Assembly: GCA_001662655.1 (NCBI GenBank)
Contig: KV460229.1
Source of the DNA: Pseudogymnoascus verrucosus
Lineage: Eukaryota
Reading direction: 5' to 3' (one strand)
DNA length: 64,000 nucleotides
Part shown: piece after piece, positions 47,484 to 62,206 of the stretch
Layout: each line of letters opens with the position of its first letter
How positions within the stretch are numbered: position 1 is the stretch's first letter
Notes under the pieces: model-generated
Told to the model about the DNA's origin: nothing
The model's input: the letters and a program-made list of their open reading frames with translations, nothing else
The model's database searches: none
Translations under genes and position numbers: made by a program

Positions 47484-49449
47484 GATGATGATTAGGCCCG
47501 GGAGGAGTTATGTAAATGACGGCAACTACAAGTCATAGAAAATAAAAGAGGTTCTCAAGTGAAGAATATAATGTCACACGCCGCTTCCTTGGTGACACGA
47601 CGCTATGATAGACGTGGGCCACGAGGGATGATTGCTGTTTGGAGATAATTCGGAGGGTATTAGGACGTCTTATATAGCATTCGACAAGCCAACATCTACC
47701 TAGAATCCGTCTCGTGTTCAAATCTCCAGCGATCCACAAGTGTCTAACAATACCATATATGTATATGTATATATATATCCAACGTTTCTTAGGTACACCT
47801 CCCTGGTTTGTTCTACATATGGTCCAGAGCTTTGACAGGGGTTCAGTCCAACACGATGCCATATTCGGTTACCGCGTCGTAGACTACGACAACAAGCTTG
47901 CGGGATGCAGCAGCGCCAAGAATATCCCGCAGCAGTCATAATTTCCAGATCGCCATTAGTTCCTTTGCAGCTAACCTGTGCCGGCGTATGCTTGTGAGTG
48001 GCTTCGAGTTGCCGGTCGTTATTTGAAAGGGCATGCGACGATTCGCTGTCGGATGTTCAGGGCTGTGAATGAAATGGAATGTTTTCAGCTTGCTGTCGGT
48101 ACAGTCAGGAACTGACGCTTACGAGTTCATGCTCCGTTGGCTCTCTTGTGACAAAGAAGGGCCAAGCGAGTATTGCTGATAAATACGGCTGAGTGAAATC
48201 GAGTAGAAATACTAGATTTTGACCGTTTTAGATCCGATATCCTAACTCCCGACAGCTACGTGAATATAACGAAAGATATGTACGACGCGGGGTATGAAGC
48301 AGATGACTATTCATACATGGCCATATACAAAACCGTCCACGGCATTTGTAGTGAATAGCGCAGCATCGTCAATGAGGGTGCTGACCTGATTCTATCATCT
48401 ATCTTCTGTGCACTTCCCCTGCTGCAGGAGGTGAGGTTGGCCAACTACTCTCTGGGTGGACACCCACTCCCAAGTGGCCCCCTATAGTATTACCCCAGGT
48501 ACTTCAGGCACGCAGGTGAATTGACAATGCTGCTTTTATAAATCTTCAAATACGATCTATTTCACTTCTCGGACAGGACATTTTCTATCCGCAAGGAACA
48601 CCGTCCAATTCATTCACCTTACTCGTCTGTCAGAAGGCGCAATATCACGCTCTCATGACGTCGACACCACTATCTCAAGAGAGACACAACAAAGTCTGGA
48701 ATGCAATCTTTCAGAATGAGATGTGGACTTTAATTGCTTCTAGCCATGGTCTTAATCCCACCGCCGTCGGTCAAAAACTGAATTCTATTTATGACATTGA
48801 TCATACTACAGGGAGTCAGTGGGCCTATATAGTTTTGGTGATAGGAGATAAGAGTAAGGATTGTGGTTGGCGAGAAATGGTGAAGGGAGAGGGCGAGGAT
48901 GACACCAGAGATGCCGAGGCCGATGATGGTGACAGTTTAGAGGTACATGATGGTGAAGGATGATAAGTAGAGATGGATGGAAGCTTAGTATGGGCTGCTA
49001 GGGAGAGTGGATTCGGGCTTTCAGACGCCTTGAGTCTCTCTCTCTGCGCTTTATGTAAACGGCTCGTGTATTGGCCAGGATGGCGTTTTCAGATACGCTC
49101 CTGTCTAATTGCTAAATTGCCTGAGATGGTGGTTGAAAGCAAAGTGTGGCAGAGTCGGAATTGTCAACAAGTTGCGCTACAATTGACCCCCCACAAGCAC
49201 ATGTCTTGACAGTTATTAGGGTGGCCTCTTCCCCAGACAAGAGGTATTTTGCAGTCAGACGGACATCAAGTTGTTACAAGACGACTCAACGGTAATTTAC
49301 TCATTATGGTATTCCTTTTTATACAGTACTATGCCCGCATAGCTGTCATTCAACCTGTCTATATTTCCAAGTCTCAAAATCTAATATCTCATAATACACT
49401 ACGATTACCACTCGTCAGTCGTCTCATTTTCTTGTATCGTTAACTCCCT

Positions 49450-51240
49450 GTCATGCCATGTAGGCGGATCTTTCCTCAAACACAGTAAAATCGCCAACGC
49501 CCTCGCCTACTGAATGCCCATAACATCCGCAATCTTTTCGAGCCGCTGTACTACCCACGTCCTCATCACATTCGACACCATATTCGTGCACGCGGCTGTA
49601 AATAGTTGCTAGAGTAGCAAATTGCCATAGGCGGCACGGGGTAGCTGCTCTGATTGTGGATGTTCAGTGAGTAGATAGCTCCCGGAAGGCGCGTCGCAGA
49701 GGTAGTAGGGCACGCTCGCGCATATATCCTGTGTAAGTTGGATAATGAGAGCGCGGCTGTGGAATATCTGGGATTGATATTGCTGTTGCAATAAGAATTG
49801 GCTGTCCTCGGCTAGATTCGGGAATTCCTCATCCTCATCTTCGTACTGCAATTTGGACTGGCATAGATGGCTCAGCTAGACGATGAGAAGTTCATTCAGT
49901 AGAATGCGGACGCTGCGGTAGCTATTCTAAGAGGTAGCAGTTAAAATGCTAGAGTATGTGTGATAATAATCCGCGAATACGGCATCGGAGCGGGCTATGA
50001 GAGGTACGGTGTTGTAGCCGTATGGACTTTCCGCCGCCTAGGCAGCAAGGGAAGCTTCGATCATCAACGCGGCGTATACAATGGCGGCAGAGTTAGTGAA
50101 GTCATGCATTGAGGTCATGAGGGAGCGTAGGTTACAGAATTCGATGACTAGAAAGGAGAGTTTGCTTGTAGTGAGGTCTTCGCCCCCTTCATAAGGGAGG
50201 GATAAGAGTGACTAGGAGGTGATGGTTTCAGGAATTGCTACACGCCTTTGCATGGAGTTGATCACCTTTGCGAATGTTAATACTAGATGCTGAAGCTCTG
50301 CGGAAAGAGGCTTACAATTTGGGTCCGCAAGTAGCAGAATATTTAGCGGCCTGTCTCTGTTTAAAGCTGTTCTTTACTACGAAGATATAAGATCTGTGCA
50401 GCGCCATTAACGTGCTAGGTCCAAGATTTCATTGACCTTGGAGTATTGCATGTATTTGTCTACCATCCCATGTTAGATGTGATTTAGAGCAGGCGTCATA
50501 GCACGTACTTCAAATAATCCTAATAACATCACCGTAATGAGTGTTTGATCGGCTTTAGCATCTTGAGTGCATAATGCGCTGTTTGTAGCGCTTACTGCAC
50601 GATTATACTTTACTTTGGCTGCATGCATAACACTCGAATTGTTGCTTTTAGTATGTGATATACCAACCATGCTAAGGGATATGACCACATTGGTTAAAGC
50701 ACTTCCTACGGTCCCTTGGCAGTTTATAACGTCTAGGATGTAATCGAAAAATCCCTTAGTAGATTGACTTCCTTCCTAGGAATAGTTTCTTAAGAAATAG
50801 CACGTGGCCTAGAAATCCAGGGAATCGCGCAAAGCTAGGGATATTATTTCAGCTAAGACCTTAGACTTAGGACTTAAATGGCGGGATGAACTCTAGCTGA
50901 GAGCGAAGCTATAACTGTTAGACTTAGGACATGAACGGCAGGGTGAAGTCTCGCTAGAAATGAAGCTATAACTAGTTGCGGTTGGTGGCGATTTAGCACG
51001 ACCTTAGCGGACGAATTTCTAGGTCTGATTAACGAATCGATGTTCTGATAGATCCTTGTATCCATGACAGCTGCGTCTAGCTCGGATACATTGACTGTAG
51101 GATGGCCTTGCTTAATTACACTGTAGTACTTAAAGTTAGCGTCCGTCTCGACTTTAGAGAGCTCTCTCTAGGGAAGCGAAGGTTGAGACTAAGTTACTGA
51201 CCTTAGTCCTCTTTGCTCGACACGGTGCGCATCCTTTACT
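49450..51240 (-). pseudogene. Fungal-specific transcription-factor-domain gene (Zn2Cys6-associated type), RIP-damaged; Zn cluster not located
   Basis: ATCYFLRNY, AKVKYNRAVSATNSAL..AKADQTLITVMLLGLFE, *T*HVNGAA, NSYRSVRILLNE, DICASVPYYL and WVVQRLEKIA..MGIQ*A. Multiple TAG stops. Confidence 0.7.
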
Positions 51241-52236
51241 TTGCTTCATAGCAAAACTCATACTATAGGGGTGTTCTAAGGTTAGGCTGTCGTAGCATGC
51301 GTAGAAATTAGAAGTCTAGAGGTGCTAAGTGGATGATATAAGCCTCGTCGTTGCTAGTTAAAAGGGATGACTTAACAAGACGAAAACGCTAAGTCTTACT
51401 AGCTAGCGGTAGTGAAACTAGCGGTAGAGTGAGGCTAATGATGACTATAGGTCATCTATCAGTAACGGAGTAGATAAGGTGTGGCCGATGAGCTGGAGCG
51501 TGGTGGCAAAAGTAGTATTAACAATTAGGGGCGAACCCGTTTAACCCTGGCGCCAAAGATGACAAGCTTTTAGGTTGTGACGATCGGGCCACTAGTGCTC
51601 TTCGGGAAGGAAGCTCGTAGCGTGGTCTGCACCTACCGACGCCTAAACCGCTCAACAAACACGGGAAATACGAGAATTCCTTTGCCCGCAACCTGGAACT
51701 TTAACCACTAATGCCAATGATTCATGTAGATCTTCGATATAAGACTTTATGGCGCATGTTATCTGCAGGCTTGCGTATTCCTGCCGCGTAGTTTCTCGGC
51801 TCTCTCGACCTAGCCACTCAACTGCGTACCCGCAACTCCTCTGTCTACAGTAAATCAACTAGATGCGGCACTAGCGATGCTTGTTAGGGTCCACGGTGCA
51901 GGTTGACTGAAACGACCCCATAGTCGCGAGAGGGGGCTGTCGTAAGGTGAGCACTACAATCCTGCTTGCTACTTTAGGGTCATGCCTCGCAAAAGTGTTT
52001 GTAATGCTACTTCGAAGATCGACCATTTGCAACATTGCGAGGAGGTATAAATGTCTTTAGTATTGTTAGGGTAACTGCACGAGATAGGAGTATAAGGTTA
52101 AGTGAACAGACTCTCTTTCAATTCGTTCTATCATTTAGAATCATATTCATCGCTTCATCGACGTCGTTATATCATCGCTCCTACATTTCATTCTCGTTTC
52201 CTTAATCCCCTAGCTGTACATCGTTTATTAATTAAG

Positions 52237-53165
52237 ATGGGCCTGAGTTAAAAAGTCATCGCCATTATAGAACTCTGCGTCTATGTCCCTATATTCTTCC
52301 TTGCTGCCTTTGTCGTTTTCCGCCATGGCTTCCGCAGACAGCTTAGATGGATCTACCTAGTGATATTCTGCGGCGTCCGATGCGTAGGTGCTGGCTTTAG
52401 AATTGCTAGTAAGGCGAACCCTAACAATGAGACGGATCAGGAATGGTCAGCTATTCTCTAATCCGTTAGTCTCAGTCCGTTACTTATGGCCACACTAGGT
52501 CTTTTAAAGAGAATGTGAGTTACGACGGAACCTTAAGTGACGAATATACGCTAACTCCGACTTTAGAACTAATGAAGTCTCCCTCACCATACCGTCTAAT
52601 TCGTCATTAGGGTACATGAACAGTCTAGCTAGTGCTGGTGCTATTAGAAAAGTGTATGTTACTCCTTTACTGTTAGCCCACACTTGAACTAACACACCGT
52701 TATAGGAGTGGTATCATTACTAAACGCGCTACCGCCATTTCCCGCCGAGGCTGTATCATTCAAATCGCACAATTGCCCACAACAATCGCTCTTATCCTCT
52801 GTATCGTCGGCAGCATAGACGAGGCCTCATCTAACCTGTCAAGCCGCAGCGACGGTCCTAAATACTTTAAGATCGGCATTGCGATATTTATTGTTGTCTA
52901 CTTGCTTCTGGTGTTCTTGACCCTCATTACTGCTCGGGATGTGCATAGAGCACCAACTAGGGAGCGCCGTGTCTACATTACTGTTGCTGTTGCGCTCCCT
53001 TTTATTGTAGCGAGGCTACTTTAGAGTATTCTGTCTGTCTTTATGACGTTTAAGTCTTTCTCTATAGCTGGGGGAAATACTGTCGTTAAGCTCTACATGG
53101 CTCTCGTTGAGGAGTTTGTCGTGGTGGTAATGTATACTATTATTAGGCTCACTATTTCGAAATGA
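52237..53165 (+). pseudogene. Multi-pass membrane protein (RTA1-like/DUF7702-type), RIP-damaged
   Basis: IAIIELCVYVPIFFLAAFVVFRHGF...WIYLVIFCGVR...LSPLLMATLGLLKR and VALPFIVARLL*, with internal stops. Confidence 0.65.
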
Positions 53166-54404
53166 GAGGGATACTACGGAGGTTGTGCTTCTGCGGAAGA
53201 TGAGGTAATTGTTACTCCTCGCTACAAAATAAATATTAGCTGTAGATTTAGCTAGACTAGGTTGATTTCCTTTAGCTTCATAGCGCTTTAGACGGGATTG
53301 GCGTTAGGGTATAAACTTAATATACGCTTATAGATTTCCATGTCATATAATTTTATTTTACTCTAATATTACAACTTAGTACTTTCAAACATCAAAATGA
53401 TTTTAGGAGGCCTTTAAAGGGCTTCATCTGGTTTTATTTGCTCTACTCTAACGAAATTGAAACCGGACTAGATAATAACTAGATAATAACTAGAAGTCTT
53501 ATAAGGGGACTACGTCGTTGAACCTAGCAATTACAACAGTTGCGAATACCTCTAAATGTGCACTTGCAAAATTACACACTAGGAATTTAAATAGATCTGT
53601 GGAGCTCATCAGGACATACGATTGAGCTTAGAGCCTGAAAATAATTTCATTAACGATATGGTGTATCATTACGGACTTAGCGACCCGTTAAGGGGCGCGG
53701 TTTGTCATTAGTTGTAGCTTTAAGGGCGGATGAAAAGGCTGGAAGACAGTGGGCAATATTAAAGGAAGGCAGTAAAACATTTAGGCTAGCGAGTGGTAGC
53801 CCTAGGTTATGCCATTTAAGGGTAGAGGCTTGTAGTGTGCGATTTGGCTACGCTAGCGCCTTGCATCCACGCCGTTATGCTAATTAAGGCTAGAGGCTCG
53901 TAGTCTAGAACGAATGCCTCATATGTAGCACGGAGTCGTGGGACACACTAAACAAAGTGCGCGCAAATAGAGTACTTCCTAGCGGCTCTATTGCGTATTT
54001 CCTCTAGTAACTCCTAGCTTTTCTTGTTTTGCATGTGAGCAATAGCGTACCTTTAGTTGCTAAGCTAGAGAGGAATCTAGACGCTAAGACCTCTAAGCTA
54101 CCTTAACGAACCTGTTTCCATTTTAGGCTTCTGCTATGATGTTCTTGAGTAATCATTTTTGTGGCATTGCTACGTCTTAATGTCCCTATTTAGAACTAGT
54201 GTTTATAGAGCCTTAGCAAATGCAAATATTCGCAGTAGTACACAATTCCATTCTATATAACAGTGGGTGTTGCTGTAAGTGCTTCCTTAGGTGTTCCTTA
54301 TATTCACATATTTTACCTATCTACTATTTTAATTTACGTCATATTTTTAGATACGCCAACCTATCTCTTTCCTCATCAAAAAGACTCTGCCTATATTAGG
54401 AGCT

Positions 54405-56260
54405 ATGGGGAAACTAAGAGGTCTCCTATCATTAGGCATTAGCCTTGCTATAGAAGCTGCTTCGGCCTAGAGTTTACAACCCCTAAGGGTCTACGACTCT
54501 TTAAGATACGAAAGTAGGTTCTCTACTATAGGACAACTTTAAATTCCCAAATACTGAAATAAGAAGGAGCAAACCACCATTTAAGAAGCCTAGATGGGTT
54601 TCAGCAGTCTCAACTTGCGCACTTTAGTAACGAGAACTATGCACGAACAGAGTTTAATGAGGCCGGCAACGAAATTTACGACGGGCAACAATTTCGCTCA
54701 GAACAGCTTTTAACTTAAGGAGGCCTCTTATATCCCGTTGTTATCCCTTAGCGTAGGCTAGAAAATAAAAGTCGTGGTTAGTCTAGGGTGTATGCTCCCG
54801 CCCTCGAAGGTTGCAGCATTGATCAAGAAACATTTCTGTCGTTTATTGAGTCATTTAACAGAGAGAGCTAGGTCTGTTAATTTCATTTTATGCCTGGTGG
54901 CGAATATTGTTCCATAACCGATTAACGCTTACTAGCATTTGATTAACAGTCTTCTCCTTACCTAGATGCTGTTAACGTGGCAGCGCTTCGAGTGGGATTT
55001 ACTCTAGGAATCGCGCCCATCGTCATTTCAACTGCTCTGCTAATTGCTGTACAATATGCAAAACAATCTCAGACTAATTATAAGTAAGCCTACTTAGTGT
55101 TTGAAAGATCTAGACACCTATACTGATGGCTTAATCTCCGTTTAGAACAAAGACATACTTGGATAGAATGAACGAAGAGCTCTTCGTCCCCTATGGATTG
55201 TTTGCTATGGTTATGACATACAAGCTAGAGCAATCCAGCACGATTGTCAATACCAATTCAATTTCTTCTTTGCAATTGCAAGACACTGCAGCAAACAGGT
55301 TCGAAAATCCAGAAAATATTCGACCCTAAGGATTCCAAATGCCTAAGGCGTCTCCTCTAATTTTTTTCGACGCTGGATCTCTTCCTACTAATAAACCATC
55401 TAACTGCCTTAACAAGATCACCGATTTTATCTCTAACTACCATGACTGTTGAGCATGGGCACGATTTGTAAGTGTTTACTCTGTGGACTAAGTAGTAGGT
55501 CGTCTAACATATCATTAGGCGCAAGATAATCTAGGCTTACCCCTTGCTAGACCAGCTCTAAAGTTCAGTAACCGCTTCGCTAACCCAACGTTAGCTAACA
55601 ATAATAGCAGCTTACTATTGACAATATCTAGAAACGACTGACGGAGTGACAAAGAAACGAGCAAAAGATTGAGAAAAGAGGAACGAAACGCTTAAAAGGA
55701 AGGCTGTAGAGGGCTAAAGGACAATGGAAACGAACGTGGGCACCTTATACACGGACTTGTTTCAAATCTAACGGAGAGGTCCGGTTATAGCGGAAGTTTC
55801 GGACGGGGGCGCCCTCGACTTATATTAGGTGTGCAGGGTATTGTGAATGGCTCTAGCTCATCCATAGCAAATAGGAAGGACTAGGGCCTTTTGAAGTCCA
55901 TTAAGAGCATTAGGGCAAATTCAGATGTGCTATATTTAATGATCGTTAACAACCCTATATCCGACATTACCTCTCGTGAACCCCGATCTCTACATGGTAC
56001 GAGACAGAATCTAGAAGAAGGGTATGATTAGCAAGAAGATCTACGACTTGACTATTCGTACGACGGCGCACTGTCTAGCGAACGGTTTAATCTAAGTGAT
56101 AGGCATGATCTAACGCACGATGAGCAGTATACTACAGACAACGATGGCCGTTTCGAGTAGCAGGTGGCGCCATACTAGTATTAATATTAGCATGATATCC
56201 CTAGCAGCCTACCGCTGAGATACAACGGCATGGTCACAAGACGGGATATAAGGCTGTAAA
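54405..56260 (+). pseudogene. Conserved fungal hypothetical protein, RIP-damaged
   Basis: PVVIP*RRLENKSRG*SRVYAPALEGCSIDQETFLSFIESFN, YLDRMNEELFVPYGLFAMVMTY and DVLYLMIVN. Introns and stops present. Confidence 0.6.
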
Positions 56261-57457
56261 AGTGGGATCGAAATGATGACAAGGAGTACTGTGTGACGGG
56301 ATTTTAGGTTACTGTCCGAATATGTGGGATGTATTTTTATTGTAGGTTTGGTTATGATGGTGTTGTTAGATTTGGAATTAGATGAAGAACAGTACGACTC
56401 GTTTAGGAGTTATTTGGAATTGCGAAACACGACACAGGCTAGAAGGTTAATTTAACCTTTAAATCCACCTGAGCCCTGTACTAACACCTCTCCTGTAACT
56501 GCGTACTCACTTCTTATGTGCAGCTAACCTATGGCTGCGTATTCGCCTAAAGCTTACGCTAGATTACGTTAGGGGCCTCGACCTATTAACGACGATCGTT
56601 TGCTTGTTCTCTATGAGTGTAATAAGGACAGCTTCTATACTTACGAAAATAGTAGATATCCGTGATTTGTAATTTATTAAGGCTCTTTTGTTGCTTATAC
56701 GAGTCTAAAGCTCCGATCTCCACTTTCCCCGAAAATCTACTCTAGATTTTGCCTGAAGCATGATTTGTGTTCTTTTCGACTGCTTGTTTAATCACTTACA
56801 TACTATTGTATAGTAAGCGCGCATTAATGGAGAAACATCATGCAATCACTAGCGAGGAGTCCCATGAAGGTCTGGATGGCGCTAGAGACCTAAAAGTACT
56901 ATTAATGGATAGACTAACAACGAGATAAGCCTATATTAAATATAGCATTTTGAAAAACATACTAGTCATTGCAGAACTAGCGTATATTGAATGTTAGTGA
57001 TTGACGGCTATGAGAGTTAGGTTTTAAATTGCAGCTGGCTTTTCCTTTTACTATAATAGCTCTACTGCAATACGAAGCAGGTCCTAATCTAAGAGTTCCA
57101 TTACAGCTGTTGGGGAAAATAAGTCTAGTACGTTATAGACAATATGAGATCCTTGAAGATTGTCTTTCGTTAAGCAGTTTAGGAGGCGGAAGGCGTTTGC
57201 ATCGCTTACGACCTGTAGCTATCGTCAGCATTAATCTAATACTGTATAAAGATAGGCGGCAAGATCACTAGATTTGAGTAGGCTACTAAGCCTATGTGCT
57301 ACATGACGGAGCGGCTAAGTAGCTAAATAAAAGTCGTAAGTGTTGTTCTAAGAACTTCAACTTTGCTAGGACATATCAATTAGAAGGATAGACGACTGAG
57401 GCCAAATTTAAGGGCTAAAGCTATGCTCTAGCTAGCATAGTGTAGCCAGCCTCCCTT

Positions 57458-59090
57458 TTAGAGAAGATACTTGAAATATAATCCTCTGTCCCCTTCTTTG
57501 CCATTTTCCGTCTCTCCATCTGCAATAAGCTTCTCCTTCTTTATATTGCAGCTTCGTAGCACTAAATAGATAGCCCCTACTCTAAGCAGAGCAATACACT
57601 CACAGGCTAGCGATATAGAGTTTCTGATAATGTATCTAGGTGCATCTGTAGCAGGATAAATGTTTGATGATAGGACACCGGAGACATTGGCAACAGACAC
57701 GAAGATTGGAATACTAACGGATTACTTATAGTCTAGGGCCAAATTGATAGAGATCCACGTCAAAACAAGGTAATTGAAGATGTAGATGCCTATAAATGGT
57801 TTCTGTCAGTAGCTATTATAATGGAAAATCGCGTCTAAGAGTATCGACAAACGTACTAGAAGTAACAAGGAACATGGCAAAGTAGCTAGCAGCAATATTA
57901 GCAGTTCTAATTACTATGGCATACCCTATTATGACTGGAATTGGAACGACTGCTAATAAGGTTACCTATGTGTTTAGACGATCTGAGAGGAATGATAAGA
58001 CACTAACGGCAATGGTCGCTATAGCATATACCGGAATGGTAAGGTAGTTGGCCTGAATAGGGGTGTACCTAAGGGCCGCCATGTTAGCGGATATCTTAAC
58101 TACTGTAAAGGAGAATGTAATCACCCGAGGCCCTTAATAATGGTAGGTAAGAATGTGCCAAAGCTAAGTAAATAGATTGAGTTAGCGAAGAGGGTAATAC
58201 TAGCTAAATAGACTAACGGGTTAGCTACAGCCATTGTAACATAGCTCTATGAAAAGGTGTCGCTGCCCTTATACATGAAGTTACGCTGTTTCCTTGCGCG
58301 CATGACCTCCTTCTCTTTAGCTGTGAGAAACCATGCCTCCTTAGCGTTTTTAGGCATGCTTGCCTAGCTGGCTATGCAGATCACAATGGAAACAACACCC
58401 TTAATAATGAAGAGCCATCGCTAAGTAGACAGACTAAGGTGGGTGCCTATTGACTAGATTCCATAGGCAATTAGACCTCTAAATGCTCTAGAGACAGTGG
58501 TTGCAATATAAAGAATGGCAACTCGCTTTGCTTAATGTTCTTAGGACTAGATGGTCGAGATGACAAAAATTAAGGATGGGAGGAGACTAGCTTTAAAGAT
58601 TCTAAGGAGGAGCTAAACTACGACTACTTGTGCGTATGTTTAGATGAATCTAGTACTAAGGGTAATGGTACCCTACCTAGTAAGAGCAACAGCAAGGGTT
58701 TTGTCTGTACCGAACCGCTTAGTGGCAACAACCTAGAATACGTTAAAGACGATATATGTAGGGTAGAATACAGTGGATATAGTGTTGAACTGGTTTCTAG
58801 ACAGGCTAGCACTAGCTTCGAATCTAAAGACCTTTGCATTTCCTGTAAATGAGTGAGCCTTACACCCTACACCTTGTACTGTGTATGAGTAGTTACTTAC
58901 TAATGTTGGAACGATTAAGGTATGCAATTAGAACAAGGATGGCCATCTAGGGGAGCAGGAATTTGTTAAACTTGGCTAAGGCCCGCTTCTCGATGACAGG
59001 ATCCATAAAGATGGTAATATCGATATCTAAATTCTTAATATCAACCACCTAAGAAGATGTCTCTGTAAGAGAGGAAGTTTTCTCTATGTT
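57458..59090 (-). pseudogene. ACS/Dal5-family MFS transporter, RIP-damaged
   Basis: FNKFLLP*MAILV, *RWLFIIKG, YLTIPVYAIA, NVSGVLSSNIYPATDAPRY and GDRGLYFKYLL*. Many stops. Confidence 0.78.
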
Positions 59091-60089
59091 GGTATTTAGG
59101 AATACAATTTGTAGGAATGTCTTAAAGGAATAGACTTTATTCTAAATCTTTACCTAAAGTACAACACAAGGCAGAGAGAGACACTTTATGTAAGTAGATC
59201 CTACGCGAAAGGGGCTAAATGTTTTGGTATTAGCCTGTTTAGTCGGAAGGTAGGAGTTGCTTATCTGTAGAGTTGAAGGGTTTAGGACTTTAGCTACCCA
59301 TGCCCTGAATTTCTCATACGGGAAATGATCTGCACGTGTCTGAACCGACCCGCCCATCCCTAGATTCTAGCCGATTAAGGGGTATACAGCAGGCCACGCG
59401 GACACTCTTACTAGAAGAGGTCAGTATCTTATCTTTTAATTCATTGTGTTGTGCGAGCTTTAACTGGTTCGACTGTAGATCTAACAATGCGGAGATATAT
59501 GGTCTCTTAGCACAATGCCACAGATGATCCATGATTCTAGGGAAGTCGCCCTACCATTGCCATCCCTACAAGTCCGAGCCGCATCTCCGAAAGTCCACTA
59601 TCTGTCCCACAACTCCGAGACGCCAACTAGGACTCTACGCAACCTTGTAGAATGAGGCAGTGGAGATGAGGTTTCTTGAAAACTAACATTTGCTCATTAG
59701 CACAGCAAGAATAAGTGACCTTCCGCGGTTATAATGCCAGCCCACACTGTTCTAGGTTCAACCTCGCAGTCTAAGCGTTCACAACGTAAGGACTTTACCT
59801 AGGGGCTGTCAATCTAGCAATATAGGTAGGTGGGACGACAGTCCCTGGTTCGTGAGATCGCAAGCAAAAGCTGATCATGGAAAAACTTTGTAAAATTGCG
59901 TCATGGATCTACTAAAACACAGGTCGTGATTATTACTGTATAGTATTCTTTAGGCGTGTTACCGTTGTAGGCAATCATTAACAAAGAATATCTACACGAA
60001 ATGGGGATCTAAATTAGACTTGATCTAATTATTATGACTTGCTACTTCTTGAAGATGCTTACTAGATGTTAAATCTACATACACAACTC

Positions 60090-61530
60090 CTTAACCCACG
60101 GACTCTGTTTACTGAAATGGCTCCTTAAATAGCGAGTCATACTTCACTTCCACCGCAGCCTCATCCTCCTAACCTTTGCTAAGCACCTTATCCCTCTCCT
60201 TACATGCGGCTATGCTGCTAGATATCACTTGCATACTGCCTTGAGCTCTTACTCCTTTCACTAGTGCTACAGTCTAGGGTTGTCTTAAAATTGAGAATTA
60301 GTTAAAGACCCGCTGTAGATCCTTAATAGAGATGTCGGCATTGCTTTTATAATCGAAGGTAGGGAGCATTTAGCTTAAGTGATAGCAGTCCTCCCTATAA
60401 GAACGAATATTTAGTGAACGAGCTTAGTGATGATTATACACTGTACTCACAATGCTTAGTTAGCACCTTGTCCGAGATGTGGGCTAGTTAGGTGTGCAGC
60501 ATTGCTAATTAGAACATAACGTCCTAGTTTAGGGCTATACCACAACTTTAGTTTAAGATGAGGTCGATTGTACAACCCGTATTTGATGATTCTTTCAGCT
60601 CTACGAATCAGTTCTAATGCTAGACTGCTCTAATCCTTAAAGTCCTCTAATAATGAATCTTGCTCTAGAATCATTTTAGCTAGGGAGCATATTTTCCATG
60701 TTTCCTGTGCTTTGGTTAAGTCTCTTTTTGTAATAGCCCACGATGTCGTAGTAGTAGTAACTAGATAGTAGATGAGATGTGCCCTAGGGCTGTATAGGTT
60801 AAGAAGACTAGGGCGCTTCTGCAACGATAGTGGTGTAGGGGACATTCTGGCAGTCTATCTTAATATTAGCTTCTGTTAACAAAAACTGCAGTAATGGTAG
60901 TCCTACCTGTATTAGACCTATGTAGGCAGCCTCCTCCAGTTGTATTTGGTGCTCTTTTAGTAGTAAGGCTCTAGACATAGCCTTGATACCATTACACCTA
61001 ATAAGTATTGATCCTTCTATACGTTTACTGTCCTCTAAGATCGCTATAACGCCATCTTCCTTCTCTAAGATGGTTTTTAGTTTCCATCCTTTGTGAACTT
61101 TAATGTCTGCGTCGATTAAAGCGTTCTTTAAAGTCAAGTTGAGTGTCGTCCGCTTAATTCCGCAAGCTGGCTAGCTGTACTTGCTCTGCCACTTAGCAGG
61201 ATTATATGATACTCTAATGGTCTTTCTAGTATAGTTTGATCGCGAAGTTCGCTAAGATGAGGCACTTGCTAGGTGACTACGTCTGCGAGGCCCACGAGTG
61301 CTAAAATTTTCAATCTAAGTTATGCTAAGTCACTGTTAGATGAATTAAAGACAGGTGAGATAACATACCCATTAGGCATTATCATTAACGATGCTCTAGC
61401 ATCTCCTAACTCCCTCACTTTCTCTAATACGACTAGGGTGTAGCCTTTCTTTTTCAGCAACAAAGCAATAACTAGCCTAGCTACTCTACAGCTAATAATT
61501 AGGACTTTTAGCTCTATATCAGCGTTTATA
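60090..61530 (-). pseudogene. FAD-dependent monooxygenase (salicylate-hydroxylase-like), RIP-damaged
   Basis: KVLIISCRVARLVIALLL (GxGxxG eroded by G>A), GIKRTTLN, LIRCNGIKAMSR, and an AAH...HLGQGAN relic. Confidence 0.75.
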
Positions 61531-61774
61531 TACTGTTCTAGAATTGAATGTTTAGGGGGGATAGTCTTCTACAGAAGTAATGTTAATTGAATGGGTAGGA
61601 TAATTATGTAAGAACGTTTAAAAGCGATTCTTAACAAGAAGTAGACATGACACAATCCAATTGCTTAAATATTTTCAACACGATCTCGCAGCAATTGACG
61701 TCACAATCCTTTAGAGGTGGAAGCTATAGAGCCTGCCATCTACGTTGCCGAGTGAGTTAGGATCGTATGGTACT

Positions 61775-61906
61775 AGGGAGCTGAATGAATCTCCTTCAAA
61801 ATCCGTGTCGCGGTCGCTTAGATATCGCTCGGACTTGTAAAGGGAGCTGAATGAATCTCCTTTAAAATCTGTGTCGCAGTCGCTCGGATGCCCCTCGGAC
61901 TTGTAG
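61775..61906. repeat. 66-bp imperfect tandem duplication
   Basis: AGGGAGCTGAATGAATCTCCTT... starts at 61775 and again at 61841. Confidence 0.88.
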
Positions 61907-62206
61907 TGATAAGCATCGGAGATGCTTATTGCTAGAAGCGGGAAATCCAAACCCACCAAAGTTAGCAGGGACCGAAGTTAATGATGGCCTTAGTAAACAG
62001 CATGTGCGACGTACCTAGGTAAGGACCTAGGCTGTCAACTAAGCAGTCGTCTTTAAGTCTTCTAAAGCAGTAGTGATTATGGCTGCTAATGTTAAGTGCT
62101 TAACTTTTTCTACAAACGTCAAGTACCATCTTGGTTTTTCTTGCGCCAGATCAACAAACCTCGCACATTGCCTACGAAGAGCTTTACATAGCTGTGCAAT
62201 ATCGAA

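Noticed and set aside
48655..49209. Short ORFs as real genes
   Set aside because: No recognisable domain; they look like chimeric fragments.
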